Shown: piece after piece, positions 10,225 to 22,430 of the stretch
How positions within the stretch are numbered: position 1 is the stretch's first letter
How the letters are laid out: the number at the start of each line of letters is the position of its first letter
From: Escherichia coli
GTDB lineage: Bacteria > Pseudomonadota > Gammaproteobacteria > Enterobacterales > Enterobacteriaceae
NCBI RefSeq assembly: GCF_003334385.1
Contig: NZ_QOWN01000036.1
Length of the DNA stretch: 43,104 bases
Strand: one strand, 5' to 3'
Translations under genes and position numbers: made by a program
Notes under the pieces: model-generated
Database searches by the model: none
Seen by the model: the letters and a program-made list of their open reading frames with translations, nothing else
Told to the model about the DNA's origin: nothing

Positions 10225-12858
10225 TCAGGCAAGCCGGTAACTGAACGTCCGTGACTGGCCGGGTAAAAAAGGCCCCGATAGATTTGAACCTTGATTTTCC
10301 TCGGTGGTAATGTGTTCATCCATCATCGTTTCTGAGCAAGAAATCACCTCGCGACTGAAAGCAACAGTCGCATCACAGGTTGCTGATTCAGCCGGATTAA
10401 ACAGCCGTAAAATCACTTCTTGTCGGTCTTCAGCTTTCTTAAGTGCGCTTATCAGGCATCCCACTGGGGGCATTTTCAACAAACTATAACTTTCCGGCAC
10501 GTTGAATCCGGCTTTGTTGAGCTTCATCACATCCCATGGGATTTTGTTGTAACACTGTACTGGAGTCAGCCATGCTCGCGCCTGCTGAGCTACACCAGCG
10601 GCGGTTGGCGTACCGGTATAACTCAATAAACTTAGGCGACAAGAAAGCAGACCACGTAGTTGTGAGTCCGGGACTGGCATTTTAATTCCCGAAGGCCGCC
10701 CAGGCCTTAAAAGCAGATCTTCTTTGCCCAGTAAGCCCACGCCACGCAGCAACGTAATGGCAAAGGTTTTCTTCTCTTCACCGATGACTTCAAATTCACG
10801 TAACCCTTCGCTAAAGACAGCCATGCCGTTACGCCCTTCCTGTAAGGCAACATAGTTGAGCATATTCCATACCGGAACCGGCGCTTCTTTCCAGCCTTCT
10901 TGCTGCCAGTTGTTCATTGCACTGTCGTTCACGGGGCGCGTTAGCGAACCAAACTGCGTATCTGCCAGAACACTGTCGGTGTTAAAAGGTGTAGGGACCA
11001 GGACACGAAGGCGATGATCGTCAGCCTGGTTATCAAGATTGATATCCACATCAATACGCCTGCTGTTATGACTAAGAGTGACAACCAACACCACCCCTAC
11101 TCTGCCAGTGGATTGCCGGGCGCTGCGTTCTGACAAATTGAGCGGCACTGCCATGTCATAGCGGATAACAGCCCTGCTCTGCCAGGCTTCATGAATAATA
11201 TCGCATTGCGGTTTCGCGTTCGCTGCGGTAATTACCCACTCTTCTTTTGCGGGTGAATAGTCATATTCATCACCATCATCAGAGCTTTCTTCAATTTGCA
11301 ATACCCGGTCATAGCGCACACCGCTGTCTTTATCTACCAGTTGCAGAGAACCATCCTCATTGAGCGCAATTTGCCAGAAAGCATTTTCCAGTATCCCTTC
11401 AGCGTCACTTTTTGCCGCAATTACGTTGCCAGGCTGATTCGCTTCGATATAAAGCGTGCGATAGCCCATAGAAGGGACAATCTGGTTGATCTGTATATCA
11501 AACTCCATAAAGGGATCGTAATTACCGTAATGAACTATTTGCCGATCGATTAGGCCTGGATCGATCTCACGGGCATGGCGAATAAAATACGGTACAGGCT
11601 GACCGCGATCGTCCCGCAAATTAAACTGGCTGGCGCGCAGCCGCACAGTGGTGTTGATAACTTCTTCACGCGGCCAGGGCATCAGGTTAAACAGGACGAG
11701 TTTGTCGGCGTCGCTCTGCGGCATGTTGTCGGCAATTTTGCGCATGTAGAAACGAATCAGATTATCCGCCATGTCTTCAGCCAGTTCGAAGCGGGCGACG
11801 ATTTCGCGATGAACTTTGTCACTACAGCAGCAGCCGATACTGTCGTGGGCATGATTTTTTAAGATCTCTTTCCACATTTTCTCCAGCAAGCCGTGGTGGT
11901 ATTCAAAACCCAACGTCCAGGCCAGTGTTGCCAGCGGTTCCAGCAGATTAACAATCTTATTTTCAATACGCGCGTGGGCAATTTTGATATCCATACGCGT
12001 AGAACCGATGGTGCGATGCACGCGCATATATTTGCCATCAATAAATTCCCCTTTCAGGGTTGCCAGATTATCTCGCTGCGCTTCGATCTTCTCAAATACC
12101 TCTTCAAAGCGGCTCATCACAAACTTACGTTGAGGGTAGATCTCACGTAGCTTATCCATCACTTCGAAGATATTTTGCTGCAATGGCATCTGGTCATGCC
12201 CATTCGGCAGCAAAATCTCTTTGGTTACAGACGCTTTTTCCAGCACGTCAAAATAACTGTCGAGGCGTTTACGTAATCCGTTTTCGTCGGCAGGTAAGTA
12301 CTTACCGATGGCGTAGCCCAGCGGCAGCACCTGCGCCGTCACTTCGCTACCGTCACTGCTTTGCCACAAAAACTCGGTTTTATCAGTACCGTGGCGCTCC
12401 GAACATCCGCGCCAGAACATGGTGCGGGTAATGCCAAATCCATTGTAGATATGCGGCAGTTGCCCGGACATGCCAAAGGAATCTGGTAAATAACCTATTT
12501 TCATCGGCTCGCCAAACGCGAGGCAGTCACGCATTCCGTACATCAGATTACGGACGATGGATTCCGCAGAAACAATCGTGGTATCGGTCTGGGTATACCA
12601 GGGGCCGATAATCAACTTGCCGGCTTCTACCTGTTTCTTCACACGGTCTTTGTTTTCCGGTTTCACCGCGAAATAATCTTCGAGGATCGCCGTTTGCCCG
12701 TCGAGTACGTAATATTTGTATTCGTTGTCCTGTTCCAGTCGGCACAGGATCTCTTCCATATTATTGACCAGCAGAATACGTGACTCTTCGGTGGTGAAAT
12801 ACCACTCTCGATCCCAGTGCATATGCGGGGTGATGTGAACGCGAGATACTGCTTTCAT
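10225..12858 (-). CDS. mngB: Alpha-mannosidase / mannosyl-D-glycerate hydrolase (GH38)
   Basis: 877-aa ORF with GH38 N-terminal motifs (HMHWDREW); downstream of mngA. Confidence 0.93.
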
Positions 12859-12875
12859 CGTCGTTTCCTTTTTGT

Positions 12876-14852
12876 TTATGGCATTACGCCATCAGTCAGA
12901 TAGTTGCCATGCTTAACCGCGTGACGCCGCCACATCAGGAGAATTGCAGTCGAGATTGCAGCCCCCACCAATGCCGCGCCAAACCAGCCAATTGCCGCCA
13001 TAACACCGCCCGCGCCATTATCATGAAGTAAAAAGAGCGAGAAAATGCCGGCACCGGGTGTCGAAAGGCCGATATTCATCGCACCGACAATAGCGCCCGT
13101 TACCATAGAGCCCAGCACAAACGAACCAATAACCCGCAGCGGATCTTCAATCGCCATCGGGATCGCCCCTTCGGTAATACCTGCCAGCCCTAACAGCCAG
13201 GTGGATTTCCCGGTCTCAATTTCAAACTCTTTAAACAGGCGCGGTGCGAGCATCGTGGAAGCGGTTACGGTAAATGCCGAAACCATTTTGACGGAGGCGA
13301 AAATGGCATACGGGCCGTAAACGCCGTTCGCCATTGCGCCCAGGCAGAATGCATAAGCGGCTTTATTCACTGGCCCTCCAAGGTCAAAGGAACACATAAA
13401 ACCGAGAATGGCACCCAGCAACAGCGCGTTACTTCCTGACAGACCGTTCAGCCAGGCGGTAAGCGAGTTATTGATCCAGGCGACAGGTTCCCCCACCACA
13501 AACAGCATCAGACTGCCCGCTCCCAACGTACCGAGCACCGGGTAGAGATAAAAAGTCAGGAATCCATTGAATTTACTGCTAAGACGCAAGTGATTTTTCA
13601 CCCAGCGCATCAAGTAACCGGCTATCAATCCGCCAACGACCGCGCCGAGAAACCCGGAGCCGATCATGTTGGCGGCAAGTCCAGCCGCAAAGCCTGGCGC
13701 TAACGCCGGTTTATCTGCCAGAGAATAGGCGGTATAGGCCGCGAGCACCGGTACCATCAAAATTCCGAGCAGCCCGCCGCCCAGCTTGCGGTACATCCAC
13801 AGCCAGGAGTTTTCTTCATTAAACAGATCTTGTAGCCCGAAGATTTGCGACAGTAATACCGCGACCGCCAGCACCGTGCCCCCCGCGACAATCAACGGTA
13901 CGGCAAAAGAGATTCCGCTCAACAGTGCCTGTTTCAGTTCCGTTTTGACACTTTTCACCGGTTGCGTATCTTGCTGTACGGTACGCGTCTCATCGCTACG
14001 CTTGAGGGTAAGCGCTTGTTGGATCAACGCTTCTGCATGGCGAATCGGCTCGGCAACAGGCACTGAAAGCGCGGGAATGCCATTAAAACGCTCACTCTCC
14101 TTGATGGCGACTTCAGCCGCAAAAATACAGGCGGTTGCACTATTGAGTTGATCCGCCGTTAAACGCCCTTCAATGCCGTTAGCGCCTTGTTTTTCAACGT
14201 AAACATTTACGCCGAGTTTGCGTCCGGCTTTTTCCAGATATTCCGCAGCCATATAGGTGTGAGCAATACCCGCCGGACAGGCCGTTACGCAGACGATAGT
14301 TGGCGCGTTGGAAAAAGAGGCAGAAGGTTGCGTGCCTCCCTTGTCATCCAGCGCCGAGAGCAACTCATCAGGCGTCGTCGCCGACTGTATACGCGCCCGA
14401 ATCTCATCATCCGCAAGGCGCGTGGTCAGCGCTGTCAGCAGTTGCATATGCGTAGTACCCGCTTCATTGGGGGGAATCGCCAGCAGCACCACTAAATCAA
14501 CTGCTTCCGGGCCATCAACGCCTTCCCACTGAAGCGGCTCGCTGAGTGTGGCGACCGCAAACGCCGCTTCTTTTACCGCAGCAGTTTTGCCATGCGGCAC
14601 AGCCAACCCTTCACCTAAGGCGGTCGGGCCAAGGCTTTCACGGCGATACACTTCTTCCAGAAATTGCTCAGTACTGGAAATTTTCCCCAGAGCAGCAAGA
14701 CGTTGAGTCAACGCGTGGATGGCCTCTTCACGGCTGGTAAAGCGCGCATTCAGACACAACGCATCGCGGTGGGTCAGAGTCGTCAGATTCATCATGATCC
14801 TCACTTGATCGTTTTTATAGTCGCGCCAGTGTGCCCGATAAAACAATACCAT
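12876..14852 (-). CDS. mngA: PTS 2-O-alpha-mannosyl-D-glycerate-specific EIIABC component
   Basis: 658-aa ORF with fused fructose-type EIIA/EIIB/EIIC domains. An internal Met pair at 14795/14792 has a much better Shine-Dalgarno (gtgagga) than the first ATG, so the true start may be internal. Confidence 0.9.
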
Positions 14853-14861
14853 TATGTGATC

Positions 14862-14881
14862 AATTTCACTTGATTGAAATT
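14862..14881. promoter_or_regulatory. Inverted repeat AATTTCA-N6-TGAAATT in the mngR-mngA divergent region (candidate GntR-family operator)
   Basis: Perfect 7-bp inverted repeat; TGTATT direct repeats lie at 14885-14901 and tcacttgat recurs at 14801 and 14866. Inference only. Confidence 0.3.
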
Positions 14882-14960
14882 ATTTGTATTGTATTTGTAT
14901 TATTTACAGGATGAATTTATCGGGCATAATGGTTAAATTCGTATTAATGAGATACTAAAA

Positions 14961-15683
14961 ATGGGACACAAACCCTTATACCGGCAGATTGCCGATCGCA
15001 TTCGTGAACAAATTGCGCGTGGCGAGCTTAAACCTGGCGATGCGTTACCCACTGAATCAGCGCTACAAACAGAGTTTGGCGTCAGCCGGGTTACGGTGCG
15101 TCAGGCTTTGCGCCAGCTAGTCGAGCAGCAGATCCTCGAAAGCATTCAGGGCAGCGGGACTTACGTCAAAGAAGAGCGGGTCAATTACGATATTTTTCAG
15201 TTAACCAGTTTTGATGAAAAACTGTCGGACCGTCACGTCGATACACACAGTGAAGTTCTGATATTCGAAGTGATTCCGGCTGACGATTTTCTTCAGCAAC
15301 AGCTACAAATCACCCCGCAGGATCGTGTGTGGCATGTGAAGCGCGTGCGCTATCGCAAGCAAAAGCCAATGGCGCTGGAAGAAACCTGGATGCCGCTTGC
15401 GTTGTTCCCGGATCTCACCTGGCAGGTCATGGAAAATTCGAAATATCACTTTATCGAAGAAGTGAAGAAAATGGTTATCGATCGTAGCGAACAGGAAATC
15501 ATTCCTCTGATGCCAACCGAAGAGATGAGCCGTCTGCTTAATATCAGCCAGACAAAGCCGATTCTTGAAAAAGTATCGCGTGGATATTTAGTTGATGGTC
15601 GGGTGTTTGAATATAGCCGCAACGCTTTTAATACCGATGACTATAAATTTACCCTGATAGCGCAGCGAAAATCATCGCGATAA
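14961..15683 (+). CDS. mngR: GntR/HutC-family transcriptional repressor MngR (FarR)
   Basis: 240-aa ORF with N-terminal winged-HTH (ESALQTEFGVSRVTVRQALRQL) and UTRA-type C-terminal domain; divergent from mngAB. Confidence 0.93.
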   Translation: MGHKPLYRQIADRIREQIARGELKPGDALPTESALQTEFGVSRVTVRQALRQLVEQQILESIQGSGTYVKEERVNYDIFQLTSFDEKLSDRHVDTHSEVLIFEVIPADDFLQQQLQITPQDRVWHVKRVRYRKQKPMALEETWMPLALFPDLTWQVMENSKYHFIEEVKKMVIDRSEQEIIPLMPTEEMSRLLNISQTKPILEKVSRGYLVDGRVFEYSRNAFNTDDYKFTLIAQRKSSR

Positions 15684-15686
15684 GCA

Positions 15687-15786
15687 CAAAAAAGGCCATC
15701 ATACGATGGCCAACCATGTCGAAACCGACAGCCCTTCGCCATTCCTGTAGAGGGAAGCGGCGAGGGCTATTTCTTATTACAGATAT
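15687..15786 (-). ncRNA. sdhX: Candidate 3'UTR-derived sRNA SdhX (RybD) downstream of sucD
   Basis: About 100 nt between the sucD stop and an intrinsic terminator (ggccatcgtatgatggcc followed by tttttt on the minus strand, 15687-15712). Assigned from memory of the K-12 annotation, not verified. Confidence 0.45.
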
Positions 15787-16656
15787 TTATTTCAGAACAG
15801 TTTTCAGTGCTTCACCGATATCCGCCAGGCTGCGAACGGTTTTCACGCCTGCGGCTTCCAGAGCAGCGAATTTCTCATCCGCAGTCCCTTTCCCACCGGC
15901 AATGATGGCACCCGCGTGGCCCATACGTTTGCCTTTCGGCGCAGTCACACCAGCGATGTAACCCACAACTGGCTTGGTAACGTGCTCTTTGATGTACGCA
16001 GCTGCTTCTTCTTCAGCGCTACCGCCGATCTCACCGATCATCACGATCGCTTCGGTCTGCGGATCTTTTTCGAACATTTCGAGAATGTCGATAAAGTTAG
16101 AGCCCGGGATCGGGTCACCGCCGATACCGACACAGGTCGACTGACCGAAACCGTAATCCGTGGTCTGTTTAACCGCTTCATAGGTCAGTGTACCGGAACG
16201 GGAAACGATACCCACTTTACCCGGTTTGTGAATGTGACCAGGCTGGATACCGATTTTGCATTCACCCGGAGTGATAACGCCTGGGCAGTTCGGGCCGATC
16301 ATACGAACGCCTGCTTCATCCAGCTTCACTTTCACGGTCAGCATATCCAGCGTCGGGATGCCTTCAGTGATGGTGATAATCAGTTTGATGCCTGCGTCGA
16401 TGGCTTCCAGAATGGAGTCTTTGCAGAACGGTGCTGGTACGTAGATAACAGAAGCGGTAGCGCCAGTGGCAGCAACGGCTTCACGCACGGTGTTGAACAC
16501 CGGCAGGCCGAGGTGGGTGGTGCCGCCTTTACCTGGGGTTACGCCGCCAACCATTTTAGTGCCGTATGCAATGGCCTGTTCTGAGTGGAAAGTCCCCTGG
16601 CTACCGGTAAAGCCCTGGCAGATAACCTTGGTGTTTTTATCGATTAAAATGGACAT
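15787..16656 (-). CDS. sucD: Succinyl-CoA synthetase alpha subunit
   Basis: 289-aa ORF recognised as SucD; 1-nt overlap with sucC. Confidence 0.95.
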
Positions 16657-17822
16657 TATTTCCCCTCCACTGCGGCAACAACCTGCTGAGCTGCATCCGT
16701 CAGACCTTTTGCTGCAATAATATTCAGGCCGCTGTCAGCCAGTTTCTTCGCGCCGAGTTCGGCGTTGTTACCTTCCAGACGTACCACGACCGGTACGTTA
16801 ACACCCACTTCTGCTACCGCGCCGATGATACCGTCAGCGATCAGGTCGCAACGAACGATACCGCCGAAGATGTTAACCAGAACGGCTTTCACTTTGTCGT
16901 CAGAGAGGATGATTTTGAACGCTTCGGTTACACGTTCTTTGGTTGCGCCGCCGCCAACGTCAAGGAAGTTAGCCGGTTCGCCGCCGTGCAGTTTAACGAT
17001 GTCCATCGTACCCATCGCCAGACCTGCGCCGTTAACCATACAACCGATGTTACCGTCCAGCGCAACGTAGTTCAGTTCCCACTGTGCAGCCTGTGCTTCA
17101 CGCGGATCTTCCTGCGACTGGTCACGCATTTCGCGCAGATCAGGCTGGCGGAACAGTGCGTTGCCGTCAGCGCCCAGTTTGCCGTCGAGGCAAATCAGAT
17201 CGCCCTGTTTGGTGATGACCAGCGGGTTGATTTCGATCAACGCCAGGTCGCGCTCCAGGAAAATGGTCGCCAGGCCCATGAAGATTTTGGTGAACTGCTG
17301 AACCAGTTTACCTTCCAGACCCAGTTTGAACGCCAGCTCGCGTCCCTGATACGGCATCGGGCCAGTCAGCGGATCAAGCGCAACTTTATGGATCAGGTGC
17401 GGAGTTTCTTCCGCCACTTTTTCGATTTCCACGCCGCCTTCGGTGGAGGCCATAAAGACCACACGACGGGAACTACGGTCAACAACGGCACCGAGATACA
17501 GCTCTTTAGCGATATCGGTCGCTGCTTCAACCAGAATCTGGTTAACCGGTTGGCCATTGGCATCTGTTTGATACGTTACCAGACGCTTGCCCAGCCAGTT
17601 TTCTGCAAAAGCACGGATGTCTTCTTTGCTGTTTACAACTTTCACACCGCCCGCTTTACCGCGGCCACCAGCGTGAACCTGACATTTCACTACCCACGGA
17701 CCGGCACCGATTTTTGAAGCGGCTTCTTCTGCTTCGCGCGGAGTAGTACAGGCATAACCCACCGGTGCTGGTAAGCCATAGCGGGCAAAAAGTTGTTTTG
17801 CCTGATATTCATGTAAGTTCAT
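16656..17822 (-). CDS. sucC: Succinyl-CoA synthetase beta subunit
   Basis: 388-aa ORF ([18 protein letters not shown]...), ATP-grasp; recognised as SucC. Confidence 0.95.
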
Positions 17823-17905
17823 GTGTTCTGTCCATCCTTCAGTAATCGTTATCTTTTAAACCGTAGACCGAATATTTCGTATCGCTTCCGGGCATTGTCG
17901 GTCAC

Positions 17906-18076
17906 CCGTAGGCCTGATAAGACACGTTAAACGTCACATCAGGCATCGCTTGTCGGATGCGGCGCTAGCGCCTTATCCGACCTACATTGGTGGTCCCGTA
18001 GGCCTGATAAGACGCGTCAGCGTCGCATCAGGCTTCAATTGCCGGAGAAGGCGATAATGCCTTATCCGGTCTACAG
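17906..18076. repeat. REP/BIME cluster in the sucB-sucC spacer
   Basis: Multiple gtaggcctgataagacgcg... and cggatgcggcg... / ccttatccg palindromic units within a 274-bp intergenic gap. Confidence 0.6.
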
Positions 18077-18096
18077 TGCAGGTGAAACTTAAACTA

Positions 18097-19314
18097 CTAC
18101 ACGTCCAGCAGCAGACGCGTCGGATCTTCCAGCAACTCTTTGATCGTTACCAGGAAGCCCACGGATTCGCGACCATCGATCAGACGGTGATCGTAGGACA
18201 GCGCCAGGTACATCATCGGCAGGATCTCAACCTGACCATTCACCGCCATCGGACGATCTTTGATAGCGTGCATACCCAGAATTGCGCTCTGCGGCGGGTT
18301 GATGATCGGCGTAGACATCAGGGAACCGAACACACCACCGTTGGTGATGGTGAAGTTACCACCGGTCAGATCTTCAACGGTCAGCTTGCCGTCACGGCCT
18401 TTGACTGCCAGCTCTTTGATTTTCTTCTCGATGTCTGCCATGCCGAGGGTATCGACATCACGCAGAACCGGCGTCACCAGGCCGCGCGGCGTAGAAACCG
18501 CCATGCTGACGTCGAAATAGTTGTGGTAAACCACGTCATCGCCGTCGATAGAAGCGTTCACTTCCGGGTAACGTTTCAGGGCTTCAACCACCGCTTTCAC
18601 GTAGAAGGACATAAAGCCCAGACGGATGCCGTGGCGTTTTTCAAACGCTTCACCGTACTGCTTACGCAGATCCATAATCGGCTTCATGTTGACTTCGTTG
18701 AACGTGGTCAGCATGGCGGTGGAGTTTTTCGCTTCCAGCAGACGCTCTGCCACACGCTTACGCAGGCGAGTCATCGGGACACGTTTTTCACTACGTGCAG
18801 CCAGAGCCGGTTGCGCCGCCGGAGCAGCCGCTGCCGGAGCAGACTCTTTCGCCGGGGCTTTCGCCAGATGTTTTTCCACATCTTCACGAGTCAGACGACC
18901 ACCCACACCGGTGCCTTTAATGGCGCTGGCGTCGAGATTGTGTTCAGCCAGCAGGCGACGGATCGCCGGGCTTAACGCATCGTTGTTTTGCTCTTCCAGA
19001 GACGCCTGCTGGCGTTGCGCCGGAGTGGACGCTTTCTCTTCAGATTTGGCGCTGGTTTCTTTACCGGCGCTGTTGCCTTCACGCAGGCGACCAAGGATCT
19101 GACGAGACGTTACCGTTGTACCTTCATCTTCCAGAACCGCATCCAGAATGCCGTCTGCTGATGCCGGTACTTCCAGTACCACTTTGTCAGTTTCGATTTC
19201 TACCAGCACTTCATCACGTACGACTGCGTCGCCGGGTTTTTTATGCCAGGTTGCGACGGTGGCATCGGCTACGGATTCAGGCAGGTCAGGGACCAGAATA
19301 TCTACGCTACTCAT
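18097..19314 (-). CDS. sucB: 2-oxoglutarate dehydrogenase E2 (dihydrolipoyl succinyltransferase)
   Basis: 405-aa ORF with N-terminal lipoyl domain (ETDKVVLEV), Ala/Pro linker and catalytic domain. Confidence 0.95.
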
Positions 19315-19328
19315 TGTGTATCCTTTAT

Positions 19329-22130
19329 TTATTCGACGTTCAGCGCGTCATTAACCAGATCTTGTTGCTGTTTCTGGTGAACGGACATATACCCTACCGC
19401 CGGAGAGGCGGAGGCCGGGCGGCCTGCATAACGCAGAGAAGCCCCAAACGGAATCACTTCACGGAAATGATGCTGGCTGCAGTACCATGCGCCCTGGTTG
19501 AGCGGCTCTTCCTGGCACCAGACAAAATCCTTGACGTGAGCAAACTGCTGCAACACTTCCTGCATCGCTTTATGCGGGAACGGGTAGAGTTGCTCGATAC
19601 GCACAATGGCGACATCGTGTTGATTGTTCTTACGACGCTGTTCCAGCAGGTCGTAATAAACCTTACCAGAACACATCACTACGCGCTTCACGCCCTTCGG
19701 ATCAAGCTCGTCGATTTCACCGATGGCTGGCAGGAAGGTGCCGTTCGCCAGTTCTTCGAGGCTGGAAACCGCCAGCGGATGACGCAGCAGGGATTTCGGC
19801 GACATCACGACCAGCGGACGACGCATCCCGCGCAGCGCCTGACGACGCAGCATGTGGTAAACCTGTGCCGGGGTAGACGGTACGCAAACCTGCATGTTTT
19901 GCTCAGCACAAAGTTGCAGATAACGTTCCAGACGCGCGGAGGAGTGCTCCGGCCCCTGCCCTTCGTAACCGTGCGGCAGCAACATCACCAGACCACACAT
20001 CCGGCCCCATTTCTGTTCGCCAGAGGAGATGAACTGGTCGATAACCACCTGCGCACCGTTGGCGAAGTCACCGAACTGCGCTTCCCAGATGGTCAGAGTG
20101 CGTGGTTCTGCGGTGGCATAACCATATTCAAACGCCAGCACTGCTTCTTCAGACAGTACGGAGTCCCAGACACGGAACGCGCCCTGCCCGTTATGGATAT
20201 GTTGCAGCGGCGTGTAAGTGGAACCGTTAGACTGGTTGTGGATCACCGCGTGGCGGTGGAAGAAGGTACCGCGACCGGAGTCTTCACCCGACAGGCGAAC
20301 CGGAATGCCTTCATCAACCAGCGTGGCGTAAGCGAGGTTTTCCGCACCGCCCCAGTCGAACAGTTTCTCACCGGCAGCCATCGCCTGGCGATCGCCATAA
20401 ATCTTGGCAACGCGAGACTGCATTTCAACTGCTTCCGGCACCGTGCTGATGCGTTTCGCCAGCTCCTGCAGGCGCTTCATCTCAACTTTGTTCGGGTACT
20501 CTTCGTCCCATTCGTGGTTGAGGTACGGCGACCAGGTGAAAGAGTGCATGTTCATCGGACGCCACTCTGCCACTACGCAATCGCCAGCATCCAGCGCATC
20601 GCGGTACAGGTTAACCATCTCGGTGGCATCTTCCAGCGTCGCCACTTTTTCCTGCTCCAGCTTGTCAGCGTAGATTTTGCGCGGTGTCGGATGTTTTTTG
20701 ATTTTCTGATACATCAGCGGCTGGGTTGCGCTCGGCTCGTCGGCTTCGTTGTGGCCGTGACGGCGGTAGCACACCAGGTCGATGAAGACATCACGTTTAA
20801 AGGTGTTACGGAAATCGAGCGCCAGACGGGTCACAAAGGCAACGGCTTCCGGATCGTCCGCGTTAACGTGGAAAATCGGGGCCTGAACCATCTTACCGAT
20901 ATCAGTACAGTACGGCGTAGAACGGGCATCCAGCGGATTAGAGGTGGTGAAACCAACCTGGTTGTTGATAACGATACGTACCGTACCGCCAACTTCATAA
21001 CCACGCGCTTTCGACATGTTCAGGGTTTCCTGAACCACGCCCTGCCCGGTCACTGCGGCGTCACCGTGGATGGTGATTGGCAGCACTTTGTTGCTGCTCG
21101 GCTCATCAAGTCTGTCCAGACGGGCACGAACAGAACCGATAACTACCGGGCTTACAATCTCAAGGTGAGACGGGTTAAACGCCAGCGCCAGGTGCACCAG
21201 GCCGCCATCGGTCTGGAAGTCAGACGAGAAGCCCATGTGGTATTTCACGTCACCCGTGCCGAGGTGTTCTTTATGTTTACCGGCGAACTCGTCGAACAAG
21301 TCTTGCGGTTTTTTACCCAGCACGTTCACCAGCACGTTCAGACGACCACGGTGCGCCATCCCGAGAACCACTTCGCGGGTGCCGCTGTTGCCAGCGTGGC
21401 GGATCATCTCTTTAAGCATCGGGATTAACGCGTCACCGCCTTCCAGCGAGAAGCGTTTTGCGCCAGGGAATTTTGCGCCGAGGTAACGTTCAAGACCTTC
21501 AGCGGCGGTCAGTTCGCTTAAGAAGCGTTTTTTCTCTTCGCTATTGAAAGTCGCGCGACCAGACTCGATACGCTGTTGGATCCAGCGTTTTTCTTCGGTG
21601 CTGGTAATGTGCATATACTCGGCACCAATCGGGCCGCAGTAGGTTTGCTTGAGGGCTTCCAGCAGCTCGCCGAGTTTCATGGTTTCTTTGCCGCTGGCAA
21701 ATGAACCGACGTTGAAGGTCTCCTGGAAGTCTGCTTCGGTCAGATCGTGGAAAGACGGATCCAGATCGGCCACTTTATCTTGCTGCCACAGTCCCAGCGG
21801 ATCGAGATTCGCATGCTGGTGACCACGGAAGCGGTATGCGTTAATGAGCTGCAGGACTTTAACCTGCTTCACATTGGTGTCAGGGTCGGAGATCGTTGAA
21901 GAGTAACGTGAAGCGTCTTTCGCCAGGCGGCGGAAATATTCACGCGTTTGAGAGTGGAATTGATCCGGTTTGACTCCCGTACCAGGTAACTGCTGGAACG
22001 TCGAACGCCAGTTAGCGTCAACCGAGTCAGGATCGGTTAAGAAGTCTTCATAGAGCTGTTCTATCCAGCTCTGGTTTGCGCCAGAGAGGTAAGAAGAGTC
22101 CAACCAGGCTTTCAAAGCGCTGTTCTGCAT
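19329..22130 (-). CDS. sucA: 2-oxoglutarate dehydrogenase E1 component
   Basis: 933-aa ORF recognised as SucA ([30 protein letters not shown]...). Confidence 0.95.
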   Translation of the reverse strand: MQNSALKAWLDSSYLSGANQSWIEQLYEDFLTDPDSVDANWRSTFQQLPGTGVKPDQFHSQTREYFRRLAKDASRYSSTISDPDTNVKQVKVLQLINAYRFRGHQHANLDPLGLWQQDKVADLDPSFHDLTEADFQETFNVGSFASGKETMKLGELLEALKQTYCGPIGAEYMHITSTEEKRWIQQRIESGRATFNSEEKKRFLSELTAAEGLERYLGAKFPGAKRFSLEGGDALIPMLKEMIRHAGNSGTREVVLGMAHRGRLNVLVNVLGKKPQDLFDEFAGKHKEHLGTGDVKYHMGFSSDFQTDGGLVHLALAFNPSHLEIVSPVVIGSVRARLDRLDEPSSNKVLPITIHGDAAVTGQGVVQETLNMSKARGYEVGGTVRIVINNQVGFTTSNPLDARSTPYCTDIGKMVQAPIFHVNADDPEAVAFVTRLALDFRNTFKRDVFIDLVCYRRHGHNEADEPSATQPLMYQKIKKHPTPRKIYADKLEQEKVATLEDATEMVNLYRDALDAGDCVVAEWRPMNMHSFTWSPYLNHEWDEEYPNKVEMKRLQELAKRISTVPEAVEMQSRVAKIYGDRQAMAAGEKLFDWGGAENLAYATLVDEGIPVRLSGEDSGRGTFFHRHAVIHNQSNGSTYTPLQHIHNGQGAFRVWDSVLSEEAVLAFEYGYATAEPRTLTIWEAQFGDFANGAQVVIDQFISSGEQKWGRMCGLVMLLPHGYEGQGPEHSSARLERYLQLCAEQNMQVCVPSTPAQVYHMLRRQALRGMRRPLVVMSPKSLLRHPLAVSSLEELANGTFLPAIGEIDELDPKGVKRVVMCSGKVYYDLLEQRRKNNQHDVAIVRIEQLYPFPHKAMQEVLQQFAHVKDFVWCQEEPLNQGAWYCSQHHFREVIPFGASLRYAGRPASASPAVGYMSVHQKQQQDLVNDALNVE

Positions 22131-22310
22131 CGTGATCCCTTAAGCATCTTTTTTATGCTTACTTCGCCGTGGATACTACCACGCACAGTGATGTGCGTGC
22201 CGGGGTTCACTTGCGAGCTCTTGTCTACGTAGTGGCTCGCGAAGGAACCTTTAAAAACTGTCTTAGTGTCAGGGGCAGTTTTTAAAGATTTCCTGCATTT
22301 CTTTGTTACG

Positions 22311-22428
22311 CCTGATGCGCTGCGCTTATCAGGCCTACGGGTAATGACTTGTAGGCCGGATAAGGCGTTCACGCCGCATCCGGCACTGGTTGCCTGATGC
22401 GACGCTTGCGCGTCTTATCAGGCCTACG
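22311..22428. repeat. REP/BIME cluster in the sdhB-sucA spacer
   Basis: cctgatgcgctgcgcttatcaggcctacg..., ggccggataaggcgttcacgccgcatccggc... and gcctgatgcgacgcttgcgcgtcttatcaggcctacgg palindromic units. Confidence 0.6.
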
Positions 22429-22430
22429 GT

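Noticed and set aside
16986-18975. 243- and 299-aa plus-strand ORFs antisense to sucC and sucB
   Set aside because: Overlap recognised genes on the other strand with no independent coding signals.
19116-21428. 770-aa ORF on the plus strand, antisense to sucA
   Set aside because: It lies entirely inside the well-supported sucA coding region; its translation is Arg/His/Val-rich with no recognisable motif, as expected when the antisense frame of a GC-rich, codon-biased gene happens to lack stops.
22112-22372. 86-aa minus-strand ORF upstream of sucA
   Set aside because: Runs through REP elements and the sucA leader; the apparent ORF is probably produced by the palindromic repeats.
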